Shown here: positions 44,855-55,041 of the stretch, piece by piece
Layout of the letters: each line of letters begins with the position of its first letter
Position numbering within the stretch: position 1 is the first letter of the stretch
Origin: an uncultured Acidobacteriota bacterium
GTDB lineage: Bacteria; Acidobacteriota; Thermoanaerobaculia; Gp7-AA8
DNA length: 64,000 nt
Assembly: GCA_963741955.1 (NCBI GenBank)
Contig: CAVUKB010000007.1
Location: 1,024,001-1,088,000 of the forward strand
Reading direction: 5' to 3'
Position numbers and translations under genes: made by a program
The notes under the pieces: model-generated
What the model saw: only the letters and a program-made list of their open reading frames with translations
Database searches by the model: none
What the model was told of the DNA's origin: nothing

Positions 44855-46198
44855 GGAAATGTTCTGCAGGCCGGAAACGAAGCCGGGCCGGTGATCGTCC
44901 GTGGTGCCGCCGTCTCGCCGCCACGGATATGGAGCCGAACGTACACCGTGAGCGGGAGCGGCGCCGGGACGTACGGCCAGCTGATCCCGGCGATTCCGCT
45001 CGAGGCAGCTGCGAGCACTTCTGCCGATGTGGCGACGTATGCGATCCCGGGGCTGGAGATATCTCCGTCGTCTCGAACGAACCTCGGCCTGGTCAACCCG
45101 GCCGGGTCCGATGCGACCATCACCGTCACGGCTCTGGGCGCCGCGCAGGGATCCGTTCTCGGCAGCTTCGACGTCGCGCTCTCCTCCATGCAATTCACAC
45201 AGATCGGAGATCTCTCCCAGCGGATCCCGGCGCTCGCCGGCGGCGCTCACTTCACTCTCGTCCTTACCAGCTCTGCCGGCCGGCTCGTCGCGTACGCGTC
45301 GAGCGTCGATCAGATCAGCAACGATCCGGTCTATCAGGCCGCCGTCCCCCTGCAGGACACCACCGCGCCGGTGCTGAAGGTCCAGCGCGTTCCGGTGGCG
45401 CATTTCCAGAGCTGGCGCAGTGACGTCGTCGTCTTCAACCCGTCCTCCATGGAAATGGCGGTGGATCTAACGTACTTCGACGGGAGTGGTACGAAACGGG
45501 CGGAAGCGAAAAATCTGGTGGTGGGGGCGAGCTCGTTCGTTCGAATGGCGGACGTGCTCCGAAATGCTGCTCTGACCCCTTCCATGAACGTAGACTCGAT
45601 CGGTACGCTCGAGATCCGGGCCACGACCGACGGTGTGGATCGGTATCCGGTGGTCTTCTCTCGCACCTACAACGAACAGGGAGTCGCCGGAACGTATGGG
45701 CAGGGGATTCCCGGAATTGCGGTGGCGGCGCCGAACGTCCGGAGCGGCGAGCCGGCGGTGATTCCGGCAGTCCGCGCGGATGCCGGCTATTACACGAACG
45801 TAGGGTTGGTGAACACGAGCGCAACGCCTGCACGGGTGAGGGTCACCCTCCTCAGCGCCGACGACGGCACTCCGGTCGCGACCTGGGAGCGGACGGATCC
45901 GGCCGGCATGCCACTTCCGCTTCAGCCGAACGAGTCGACCATCGTGACGGACGTATTCAAGGCGATGCAGACGTCGGCCGTCACCGGTTCATTGAAGATC
46001 GAGCTTCTCTCCGGCGACGGCGTCTGGGCCTACGCCTCGGTGATCGACAGGATCACTCACGACCCCGGCTACGTGCCTGCGATCCCGCTCCACTGAAGAC
46101 GTTCGGCTGTGTCGAAGGGAGAGCCGGCGAGGTCGGATCACCCGTCGGGATGTCCGGGGCGTCACCGGCTGTCACCCGCGCCCACCCTCCACCCGCAC

Positions 46199-47560
46199 GC
46201 ATCGCTCCCCGGCAGGATGCCGGGGAGCCTCGCGCGGGACGCGCGACCCACCTTGTGGGTTGGACGTCTCGTCCGATGCAGGGCGGCGTCCCGCGCCGGC
46301 CTGCCCGGTGCGAGGAGCGTTCTGTTGAATGTCGTCTCCGCGGCCCCTTCCGGGCTCGTCGTGGTATCGGAATGACGTTCGAGAGAGCCATCCCGGTGCG
46401 GGAGGGTGGAAACGGCGTTGCTGCAAGTGGCGCAGGACGGGCTCGGGGCCGGCATCGCTCCCCGGCAGGATGCCGGGGAGCCTCGCGCGGGACGCGCGAC
46501 CCACTGTGTGGGTTGGACGTCTCGTCCGATGCGGGGCGGCGTCCCGCGCCGGCCTGCGCGGTGCGAGATGCGTTCTGTTGAATGTCGTTTCCGCGAGCCC
46601 TTCCGGGCTCGTCGTGGTGTCGGAATGACGTTCGAGAGAGCCATCCCGGTGCGGGAGGGTGGAAACGGCGTTGCTGCAAGTGGCGCAGGACGGGCTCGGG
46701 GCCGGCATCGCTCCCCGGCAGGATGCCGGGGAGCCTCGCGCGGGACGCGCGACCCACTTTGTGGGTTGGACGTCTCGTCCGATGCAGGGCGGCGTCCCGC
46801 GCCGGCCTGCGCGGTGCGAGATGCGTTCTGTTGAATGTCGTTTCCGCGAGCCCTTCCGGGCTCGTCGTGGTGTCGGAATGACGTTCGAGAGAGCCATCCC
46901 GGTGCGGGAGGGTGGAAACGGCGTTGCTGCAAGTGGCGCAGGACGGGCTCGGGGCCGGCATCGCTCCCCGGCAGGATGCCGGGGAGCCTCGCGCGGGACG
47001 CGCGACCCACTTTGTGGGTTGGACGTCTCGTCCGATGCAGGGCGGCGTCCCGCGCCGGCCTGCGCGGTGCGAGATGCGTTCTGTTGAATGTCGTTTCCGC
47101 GAGCCCTTCGGGCTCGTCGTGGTGTCGGAATGACGTTCGAGAGAGCCATCCCGGCGCGGGAGGGTGGAAACGGCGTTGCTGCAAGTGGCGAAGGACGGGC
47201 TCGGGGCCGGCATCGCTCCCCGGCAGGATGCCGGGGAGCCTCGCGCGGGACGCGCGACCCACTTTGTGGGTTGGACGTCTCGTCCGAGGCAGGGCGGCGT
47301 CCCGCGCCGGCCTGCGCGGTGCGAGGCGCGTTCTGTTTAATGTCGTCTCCGCGGCCCCTTCGGGCTCGTCGTGGTGTCGGAATGACGTTCGAGAGAGCCA
47401 TCCCGGTGCGGGAGGGTGGAAACGGCGTTGCTGCAAGTGGCGCAGGACGGGCTCGGGGCCGGCATCGCTCCCCGGCAGGATGCCGGGGAGCCTCGCGCGG
47501 GACGCGCGACCCACTTTGTGGGTTGGACGTCTCGTCCGATGCAGGGCGGCGTCCCGCGCC
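46199..47560 (-). repeat. Tandem array of about 5.4 REP-like units of 252-253 bp, same family as the 19-22 kb array, opposite strand
   Basis: GCATCGCTCCCCGGCAGGATGCCGGGGAGCCTCGCGCGGGACGCGCGACCCAC at 46199, 46452, 46705, 46958, 47210 and 47462; lies between convergent genes. Confidence 0.95.
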
Positions 47561-47578
47561 CGTTTTTTCAAGTCCGCG

Positions 47579-49216
47579 CTACGAACCGAAGCGTTTGACC
47601 AGCAGGAAGCCCGTCCCCGCGAGCAGGAGCAGGAGTACTCCAAGTCCCAGCGAATCCAGCGTCGGAATGCCCTTGGTGATGGTCATCGTATAGGTACGTG
47701 CACCTTCGCACCCGACCGAATCGGTTGCGGTGATAGTGAACGTGAAAGCTCCCGAATTCGTCGGCGTGCCGGATAAGGTGCCGCTGGACGACAGGCCGAG
47801 TCCTGCCGGAAGAGCTCCGGACGTCACACCGAATGTATAGGCCGGTGTTCCCCCGCTTGCCGTGATCGTCTGGCTGTAGGTGACGCCCGACGTGGGTGGA
47901 GCAAGCGTCGTGGGCCCGACGGTGATGAGCGGGCAGGTGCCGAGAGCCGTATATATCCGGCTTCCGATGCACCCATTACTATCAGTGGCCGTGAGAGTGA
48001 AGGTGAAGCTGCCGGACTGCGATGGAGTTCCGGAGATATCGACCGTGGTGGCTGTCGGCGACGACAGGCTGAGACCCGTCAGGAGAGCCCCGGATGTGAT
48101 GGTGAACGTGTAGGGCGCCGTTCCCCCGCTTGCCGTGATCGTCTGGGGTCCGTACGGGACGCCCGCGGTCGCTGCAGGAAGGGCCAATGGCGAGAGCGCG
48201 ATGGCTGGACAACCACCGATGATGTCCGGATTGATGATGATCGTGTTGACCTGGCTACCGAAACAGCCGTTCGAGTCGGTCGCCCGCACGGTGAACGTGA
48301 ACGTGCCCGTGGCGGTTGGCGTCCCCGCGATGCTGCCGCTGGTCGCGAGAGTGAGCCCCGCCGGGAGTGAACCTGAAACGATGGTGTAAGTGTAAGGCCC
48401 CGATCCTCCGGTTGCAGTGATCGTCGCACCGGCATAGGGACTATTGACGATCCCATTCGGGAGCGGATCCGGCGTGGAAGAGAGCGTGATCACAGGGCAG
48501 GAAGCACAGACGGCGACACCACTCGTGTCGAGAGTCACCGCTCCGTTGCGCGCCAGAAGCCGGCCGGATGCATTCGCTCCGGTGTTCAGCGTGATGCTCG
48601 TGAGCGCAAGGATGTTGCCGGCGAACTGCGTGGTGGTGCCGAGTGTAGCGGAACTGCCCACCTGCCAATAGACGTTGCAGGCGTTGCCACCGTTGATGAC
48701 GCTGACGGTCGAGTTGCTCGCCGTCGTCAATGTGCTGCCGATCTGGAAAACCCAGACTGCAGCGGAGTCGCCCTGCGCATCGAGGGTAAGGGTGCCGGTC
48801 AATCCCATCGACGTCGCAGAACAGTAGACCCCGGGTGTGAGCGTAGTTCCACCGAGATCCGCCGAGATCGTCGCGTCGCACGCCTGGCCTGCGAGGTCGT
48901 TGTACGCGGCCGTGACGTCGCTCTGGGCGCCGAGTGCCACTGCGTCGGCGAAGTGCGTCGTTCCTCCCACGACCAGTCCGGGTCCCGGAGGAGAAGAGAA
49001 GCTGAATCCGGTGACCGAGCTCGCACCATTCGGTGAGATGCCGAGATCCCCCGTGACGACGGTCGGGCCTGTATTGGTCACCGCCGAGGCTCCCAGCACA
49101 CTGAAGCTCGCCGCGGTACCCAGGGGGGGCGCCGTCGCCGCCGGCGCGTGCGAGGGAAGGAATAGAAGCGTGGCGAACGCTCCGCTGATCACCATGTTCC
49201 GAACGCTCTGCTTCAT
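47579..49216 (-). CDS. DUF3494 ice-binding-family protein with Ig-like (He_PIG-type) repeats and IPTL-CTERM anchor
   Basis: ATG 49216 after GGAGGAG; LGTAASFSVLGASAVTNTGPT, TLTPGVYC, VFQIGSTLTT, NVYWQVGSSATLGT and GRLLARNGAVTLD; three ASGG..PYT...SG.LP.GL repeats; C-terminal GIPTL + TM + KR. Confidence 0.93.
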   Translation of the reverse strand: MKQSVRNMVISGAFATLLFLPSHAPAATAPPLGTAASFSVLGASAVTNTGPTVVTGDLGISPNGASSVTGFSFSSPPGPGLVVGGTTHFADAVALGAQSDVTAAYNDLAGQACDATISADLGGTTLTPGVYCSATSMGLTGTLTLDAQGDSAAVWVFQIGSTLTTASNSTVSVINGGNACNVYWQVGSSATLGTTTQFAGNILALTSITLNTGANASGRLLARNGAVTLDTSGVAVCASCPVITLSSTPDPLPNGIVNSPYAGATITATGGSGPYTYTIVSGSLPAGLTLATSGSIAGTPTATGTFTFTVRATDSNGCFGSQVNTIIINPDIIGGCPAIALSPLALPAATAGVPYGPQTITASGGTAPYTFTITSGALLTGLSLSSPTATTVDISGTPSQSGSFTFTLTATDSNGCIGSRIYTALGTCPLITVGPTTLAPPTSGVTYSQTITASGGTPAYTFGVTSGALPAGLGLSSSGTLSGTPTNSGAFTFTITATDSVGCEGARTYTMTITKGIPTLDSLGLGVLLLLLAGTGFLLVKRFGS

Positions 49217-49411
49217 CGCGAATGCTCCTCCGGGAGAGGGCCCTGTGAGTCCGCTCCTCGTGTCGATAACACAATGACGGAATTCAGAGGACGATCCCGT
49301 GAACGGCACCGTGACCTCTCCTCTGTTACCGAAACGGCAATGGCGAAGGTTAATCGGTGTGCCTTCCAATGAGAAAGCGTATTTTCCACTCATCGTGGAT
49401 TGAGTAGTTTC

Positions 49412-50995
49412 GGTTCTCCTAACAGGTGTGTAGGTGCGGAATGATTGTCGGAGGCATGCAGGAACGGCGACGCGGCTGTTTTCGAGGAGCAAGTCGGTGT
49501 TCGCCGAAGCGTTCGGAAAGCGAAGTTGTGGAAACCGCGGAAAACGCCGCCACCCGGCCGCCGCGTTTTCCGCCGTTCCCACAACTTGCCCCGCCGTCGC
49601 GGAAGGATCTGAAGGAGCCCCGAAAGTCGCTGCTCGTGGAGAGGTGAAGATCGAAGCAGCGATAGCAGGTTGGAATCGGCGAACCGTGCTGCCCATTTCC
49701 CGTAGTCTGTAGTCGATGAAACCAAGACACGGGGAGGACAGGCACGGTGCGCCTGACGACATTGTTCCGGAAGTTGCTCAACATGGCAAACGTAACGGTT
49801 CGCGGGGTTCGGTTCGAAGCTCGGAGTCTCTATCTCGACGTGAGTCCAACGTGGAGACGTCCGCGGTGCGGAGGGTGCGGACGGGTTGCTCCCGAGCTTC
49901 ACGGAACGGTGATGAAGCATCGCGAATGGCGTCATCTCGGCCTCTGGGGATGCCGGGTGATGCTGCGGGCGGATCTGCCGCGGGTGCGTTGCCGCCGCTG
50001 CGGGGTGCGAACGGCCGCGGTTCCGTGGGCACGGCCTGGTTCGATGTTCACCCGCGCGTTCGAAGACGAGCTTGCCTGGTTTCTGCAGCGATCCAATCAA
50101 ACCGCGGTCTCGGCGTACTTCAAGGTCAGCTGGCTCACGGCCGGACGGATCGCCGCTCGAGTGGTTGCCGAAAAACGCGACCCGAACGCGCTCGAGAATC
50201 TGACCCGGATCGGCATCGACGAGATCTGCTGGGGGCGGCCGAAGAAGTTCATGACCGTGGTCACGAACCACGAGACCGGGCAGATGATCTGGGCGGCGAA
50301 GGGTAAAAGTGCAGAGGTTCTCGACGGGCTGTTCGATCTGCTCGGCCCCGAGCGCTGCGCGCGAATCCGTCTGGTGAGCATCGACATGAGCGCGGCCTTC
50401 GAGAAAGCTGTTCGCGACCGACTGCCGAACGCCGAGGTCGTTTTCGATCGGTTCCACGTGGTCCAACTCCTCGGGAATGCGATCGATCAGGTGAGGCGGG
50501 ACGAGATGCGAAAGGCCACCGGCGAGGAGCGCTCCGCTCTCAAATCCACTCGGTTCGTCCTCCTGAAGAACCCCTGGAACCTGCGTGATGCCGAGGAGGC
50601 GAAACTCTCGGAGCTCGCGCGGATGAATCACACCCTCTTTCGCAGTTACCTGGTCAAGGAATCCTTTCAGGACATCTATGACTCCTCGTCCGTCCGCCAA
50701 GCTGATCGACGGTTCAAGCGCTGGTATCAGTCCGCGGTTCATAGCCGCATTCAACCCCTCGTTCGCTTCGCGCGAACCGTCGCGGCGAAATGGCCTGGCA
50801 TCCGCCGTTACTTCGAGTATCGACTCACGAATGCAGTTGCTGAAGGCTGCAACAACAAGATCCGAATGCTCAGTCACCGCGCTTTCGGCTTTCACACCGC
50901 GGAAGCTCTGATCGCAATGGCGTTCCTCTGTACGTCAGCAATCGCATTCCATCCTCTCGGCCTATGAACTCTGCTACACACCTGTTAGGAGATCC
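49412..50995 (+). mobile_element. ISL3-family insertion sequence, copy 3 (1584 bp), intergenic
   Basis: Same terminal repeats; 8-bp target duplication GTAGTTTC (49404-49411 and 50996-51003). Confidence 0.97.
49747..50967 (+). CDS. ISL3-family transposase
   Basis: Protein identical to those of copies 1 and 2. Confidence 0.96.
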   Translation: MRLTTLFRKLLNMANVTVRGVRFEARSLYLDVSPTWRRPRCGGCGRVAPELHGTVMKHREWRHLGLWGCRVMLRADLPRVRCRRCGVRTAAVPWARPGSMFTRAFEDELAWFLQRSNQTAVSAYFKVSWLTAGRIAARVVAEKRDPNALENLTRIGIDEICWGRPKKFMTVVTNHETGQMIWAAKGKSAEVLDGLFDLLGPERCARIRLVSIDMSAAFEKAVRDRLPNAEVVFDRFHVVQLLGNAIDQVRRDEMRKATGEERSALKSTRFVLLKNPWNLRDAEEAKLSELARMNHTLFRSYLVKESFQDIYDSSSVRQADRRFKRWYQSAVHSRIQPLVRFARTVAAKWPGIRRYFEYRLTNAVAEGCNNKIRMLSHRAFGFHTAEALIAMAFLCTSAIAFHPLGL

Positions 50996-51308
50996 GTAGT
51001 TTCTACGCTGGGTAGCTGAACTCTTCGTCGGAGAGTCGGGAGTGATGCTCTGACGGGTGGCGGCAGCGACTGTCCCTGGTGGGAATCACGATGCGCACGG
51101 AAGCCGGGTCATCTGTCGAGGCGTCGCGAGCGAACGCCCGAGTCTGCTTGTTCGAATCCGATCGATGTCCGGCGTCGAGAGAGTCCTATATTGGAGGAGT
51201 CCTATATTCGAAAGGGAACAGCCGCCTTCGCAACACGCACATGCGTTCGCGCGCGCGGAGGGTGGTCTCGACGGATGGGCGCCCGGTGGTGTAGCGTGAG
51301 TTCCTCCG

Positions 51309-53411
51309 ATGACGAAGTCACCGACGGCATTATCAGAAGATGACAGCCGAAGTGCTGACGTTGCCGCCGTTCTGGCGGCGGCACGCGCAGTGCTGGAGAA
51401 CCGCGCGTTCGCTGACGCGGCGAAAGCGGTGTTCGGCGCGTGCAAGACGATCCTCGGCGCCGATGCGGGCCTGATCGCGGTGTGTGCGCCCCGGAAGCCG
51501 GCCTTCGACATCACATTCCTCGATCCCGGGAATCTCGATCTCGTCGCCGCAGCCGGCATGCCGGCGCAGCTTCAACGCCTGAGCGTTCGCGCCCGCAAAG
51601 GAAAAACCGTCTTCGCCAACCACCTGTCGAAGGAAAGCGGGACCACTCCCTCCGGTCGCCGTGCGCTCGAGAGCGCGATCTTTGCCCCGATCATCGTTGC
51701 CGGCGAGGTGGTGGGACTCCTCGGGCTGATCAACAAGGCGGGCGGCTTTTCCTCGGACGACTCCCGATTCGCCGAAGCCTTTGCGAGGTTGATCGCGCTG
51801 GCGATGCTCAACAGCCGCACGATCAACGGTCTCGAGAAGAACCGGGAGCGCGTCGAAGGGGAGTTCAGGACGCTCGTGGAGAGCCTGCCCGACATCGTCG
51901 CCCGGTTCGACCACGATCTGCGATACCTCTATGTCAGTTCCGCCGTCGAGCCCGTGACCGGCCGGCCGCCGCAGGAATTCGTGGGGAGAACGAACCGTGA
52001 GCTGGGAATGGCGGAGGAGCTGGTCGAGCCATGGGACGACGCTCTTCGAAGGGTCTTCGCGACGGGAGAAGCGGAGAAGTTCGAGTTCGCGTTCCCGGGC
52101 CTGAACGGAACGCGGTACTTCGATTGCCAGCTCGTTCCGGAGCGAGGCCCTGGCGGGACCATCCCGTCCGCGTTGAGCATCGCGCGCGACGTGACCGAGC
52201 GATGGCTCGCGCACGAGGCCGAACGGAAGGCACGGGACGTCGCCGACGCCCTGCGCGAAGCGACGATTGCGCTCACTCGCAGCTTCGACCGCGAGACCGT
52301 TCTGACCACACTGCTCGACCGCATGCGGGCAATGGTTCCGTTCGACCGCGGCAGTGTGATGCTCGTCGAGAATGCGTCGCGGATCTCCGTACGCGCGATT
52401 TTCGATGGCGACAGGGTCGTCCCTCTGACCGCCGACACGCGGTCGGAGTTCGATCCGATCGATCATCCGATCGTTCGCGACATTCTGACGACGGGCGCGC
52501 CGATTCTGATTCCGGATATTCGCGCGTATCCCGACTGGAGCCTCCCGGCAGATCTCTCCTCCGAGGCGAGCTGGATGGGGATTCCGCTGTTTGCGCGTGG
52601 GGACGTGGCGGGTTTGTTCTCGTTGTCCAAGTCCGAGGCGGCGTACTTCAACGAGCAGCACGTGAGACTCGCGGAGGCGATGTCGTCGCAGGCGTCGGTC
52701 GCCGTCGAGAACGCGGTTCTCTTCGAGCAGATGCAGTCGGCGACGGTGCGGATGAAGGCGCTGTCGCGTCGTCTCATCGACGTGCAGGAAACGGAACGGC
52801 GCCACATCGCGCGGGAGCTCCACGACGAGGCCGGACAGGCGCTCGTTTCGCTTCGCTATGGCCTCCGTCTGCTGGAAAAGGAGATCGGAGAGGGGAAAGT
52901 CGTCAGCGATCTCGTGGAAGAACTGGTGAGGCGCACCGATGAAGTCAACGCCAACCTGCACCGTCTGGCGGCAAACCTGCGGCCGCCGAGCCTCGATCAC
53001 CTGGGACTCGAGGCGGCCCTTCGCCAGTACTCGCGATCCGTTGGAGCCGAGTTCGGCCTCACTGTCCGTTTCAAGGCGAGCGGGTTCACCGGTGTGCGGC
53101 TGCCGACGACGGTCGAGACGGCTCTGTACCGCGTGGTCCAGGAGGCGATGGCCAACGTCGTGCGTCACGCCCGGGCGACGCGGGTCGACGTGCTGGTGGA
53201 GAATCACGATGGACATGTCATCGTGATCGTCGAGGACGACGGCGTCGGTTTCGATCCCGGCCAGGTCCGCCTCGGCGACCATTTCGGTCTTCTCGGTTTG
53301 AAGGAGCGGGCGGAGGCGCTCGGCGGAATTCTTCGCATCGAAAGCGCTGACGGGGCGGGAACGACGATTGTAGTGGAGGTGGCAGATGCCTATTCGAATC
53401 CTGATCGCTGA
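51309..53411 (+). CDS. Cytoplasmic GAF-PAS-GAF sensor histidine kinase (HisKA_3 type)
   Basis: PAS FRTLVESLPDIVARFD; H-box ERRHIARELHDEAGQAL; LYRVVQEAMANVVRHA, EDDGVGFD and GLLGLKERA; no TM segments. Confidence 0.93.
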   Translation: MTKSPTALSEDDSRSADVAAVLAAARAVLENRAFADAAKAVFGACKTILGADAGLIAVCAPRKPAFDITFLDPGNLDLVAAAGMPAQLQRLSVRARKGKTVFANHLSKESGTTPSGRRALESAIFAPIIVAGEVVGLLGLINKAGGFSSDDSRFAEAFARLIALAMLNSRTINGLEKNRERVEGEFRTLVESLPDIVARFDHDLRYLYVSSAVEPVTGRPPQEFVGRTNRELGMAEELVEPWDDALRRVFATGEAEKFEFAFPGLNGTRYFDCQLVPERGPGGTIPSALSIARDVTERWLAHEAERKARDVADALREATIALTRSFDRETVLTTLLDRMRAMVPFDRGSVMLVENASRISVRAIFDGDRVVPLTADTRSEFDPIDHPIVRDILTTGAPILIPDIRAYPDWSLPADLSSEASWMGIPLFARGDVAGLFSLSKSEAAYFNEQHVRLAEAMSSQASVAVENAVLFEQMQSATVRMKALSRRLIDVQETERRHIARELHDEAGQALVSLRYGLRLLEKEIGEGKVVSDLVEELVRRTDEVNANLHRLAANLRPPSLDHLGLEAALRQYSRSVGAEFGLTVRFKASGFTGVRLPTTVETALYRVVQEAMANVVRHARATRVDVLVENHDGHVIVIVEDDGVGFDPGQVRLGDHFGLLGLKERAEALGGILRIESADGAGTTIVVEVADAYSNPDR

Positions 53412-54024
53412 CGACCATCCCGTCGTCCGTTCCGGCCTTCGGGCGTTACTCAGCGACGATGTCGATCTCGAAGTGATCGCGGAGTCGGGAGACGGAGTCG
53501 AGACGTTACGCCTCGCCGAGACCCTGCGCCCCGACGTCGTCCTGCTCGACCTGACGATGCCTCCTGAGAACGGCATCGCGACCGCGAAGCGGCTGAAGGA
53601 GGCGAATCCGAAGATCATGGTCCTGATCCTCACCGTGCACGAGGACGAAACGCTGCTGCACGAATCGTTGCGCGCGGGCGCCTCCGGCTACGTGATCAAG
53701 CGTGCCGAGGCGAGCGAGATCATCCAGGCGATCCACGCGACGATGCGAGGCGACATCTACGTGCATCCTTCGATGACTCGGGCGTTGCTCGATCAACCGG
53801 TCACGACGGAGCACCGGCGCGGATCGTCCGTGGAAGAGCTGACCCCGCGCGAGCTCGACGTTCTGCGCCTTCTCGCCCGTGGAAATACGAACCGGCAGAT
53901 CGCCGACCTCCTCGACCTCTCGGTCCGCACGGTGGAGAACCACCGGGCCAACCTGATGGGAAAGCTCGGGATCTCGAGCCGGGTCGATCTCGTGAACTAC
54001 GCCGAGGGGCACAAGCTGCTCTAG
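53386..54024 (+). CDS. NarL/FixJ-family response regulator
   Basis: IRILIADDH, DVVLLDLTMP and the LuxR HTH LTPRELDVLRLLARGNTNRQIA..TVENHR. Confidence 0.96.
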   Translation: MPIRILIADDHPVVRSGLRALLSDDVDLEVIAESGDGVETLRLAETLRPDVVLLDLTMPPENGIATAKRLKEANPKIMVLILTVHEDETLLHESLRAGASGYVIKRAEASEIIQAIHATMRGDIYVHPSMTRALLDQPVTTEHRRGSSVEELTPRELDVLRLLARGNTNRQIADLLDLSVRTVENHRANLMGKLGISSRVDLVNYAEGHKLL

Positions 54025-54192
54025 GCCAGCCCACTCACGGGATTTCGTCGCGAGGAGCGCGATTAGGGCCTGGAGGCGTCAGGGTGTGACTCCGCTTCCT
54101 CAACGTAATGTCGACCACGAAATCGCAGCCTTCCTCGCATCCGGGCCCGCGTACCGTCCTCCGACGAAATCTCGTGAATCCCTGGCTCGGGG

Positions 54193-54654
54193 TCAGGGCG
54201 CCATGTCGGAAAAGTCGAGGTAGAGCTGTTTGAGCCGCTGCGCGGCCGCGGGCTGTGCCTTTGCGAGCCCCGCGGTGACTTCGTCTCTCGCCGCGAGCAC
54301 ATGCTGAAGAGCGGCTTTCGCCTTCTCGTCACCCTGGATCTTCTGTGCCGTCCGAGCAACATCGTCGAAAAAGGTAGTGGCTTGTTCTCCGGCCGTTCCA
54401 TAGTCCTGGCGGTCGGCCTCCATCGCGAGACGTCCAAGGCGAAGCTGGATCCCCGTCAGATCGATGCGCTCCTGGAGTCGACTCATTCTCGCCTCGAGCT
54501 GTCCGGCGCGAGCCGATTCCGCCTCGACCGCGGCGGCCATCCGCTCGTCGCCCTGCCGGCGTTCGAGCCACGCACCCGCGAAAGCCCCCGCGACGACACC
54601 GAGGATCAGGCAGACCGCGCCGATGATGACATTGGTTCGTATTGCCTTCTGCAT
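54193..54654 (-). CDS. Hypothetical protein with N-terminal TM segment and coiled coil
   Basis: Hydrophobic N-terminus followed by a helical region; GAGG RBS; co-oriented with its neighbours. Confidence 0.75.
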   Translation of the reverse strand: MQKAIRTNVIIGAVCLILGVVAGAFAGAWLERRQGDERMAAAVEAESARAGQLEARMSRLQERIDLTGIQLRLGRLAMEADRQDYGTAGEQATTFFDDVARTAQKIQGDEKAKAALQHVLAARDEVTAGLAKAQPAAAQRLKQLYLDFSDMAP

Positions 54655-54712
54655 TCCGTCACCTCATTTCAGCGGTTCATGACAAAAACACGGCGCGACG
54701 GAGCGTCGATGA

Positions 54713-54991
54713 TCATCGTCTCCGGGAAAAGAGGTGGATGATTGCCACGAAAACGGCGGCACCGATGATCGACCACAGCACCGGGAACGCATGTCCGCCA
54801 ATGTTGACCATGAACGGTTCGGGGAGCTTGAGCCACCGGGCAAACCAGGGCCCGAGAAGGGCCCCGATGAATCCGATGGCCGTCGTGACGATCAATCCGC
54901 CGCGAGCGCTGCCCGCGATGGCCTTCCCGATGGCGCCGCAAACCGCCGCGATCAGGATGAGAAGAATGATTGCCGTGAGCGACATCGTCAT
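54713..54991 (-). CDS. GlsB/YeaQ/YmgE-family stress-response membrane protein
   Basis: ILIAAVCGAIGKAI..IGFIGALLG..WSIIGAAVFV; about 90 aa, 3 TM segments. Confidence 0.85.
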   Translation of the reverse strand: MTMSLTAIILLILIAAVCGAIGKAIAGSARGGLIVTTAIGFIGALLGPWFARWLKLPEPFMVNIGGHAFPVLWSIIGAAVFVAIIHLFSRRR

Positions 54992-55041
54992 GATTTCCTT
55001 TCCAGGATGAAGAAATCCGAGTGCATCGAGATCTCAGCGGA

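Larger units (their letters stand above)
38383..46096 (+). pseudogene. PKD surface-protein paralogue interrupted by two ISL3 insertions
   Basis: Fragments 38383-39080, 40673-43270 and 44863-46096 join in frame to 4530 nt (1509 aa). Junctions read SAKEATVWDVT and LLGNVLQAG, colinear with 31216..36429. TTG start after GGAGG. Confidence 0.92.

Noticed and set aside
44504-46096. 530-aa ORF, and the 727-aa ORF 47579..49762, both starting MSSGAPCLSS
   Set aside because: Both are chance in-frame fusions of an IS antisense frame with flanking genes. The real units are the PKD pseudogene 3' fragment and the ice-binding gene starting at 49216.
46053-47776. Multiple ORFs of 100-490 aa in the second array, and a possible CRISPR array
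   Set aside because: These are periodic translations of a 253-bp repeat on both strands, with no unique spacers.
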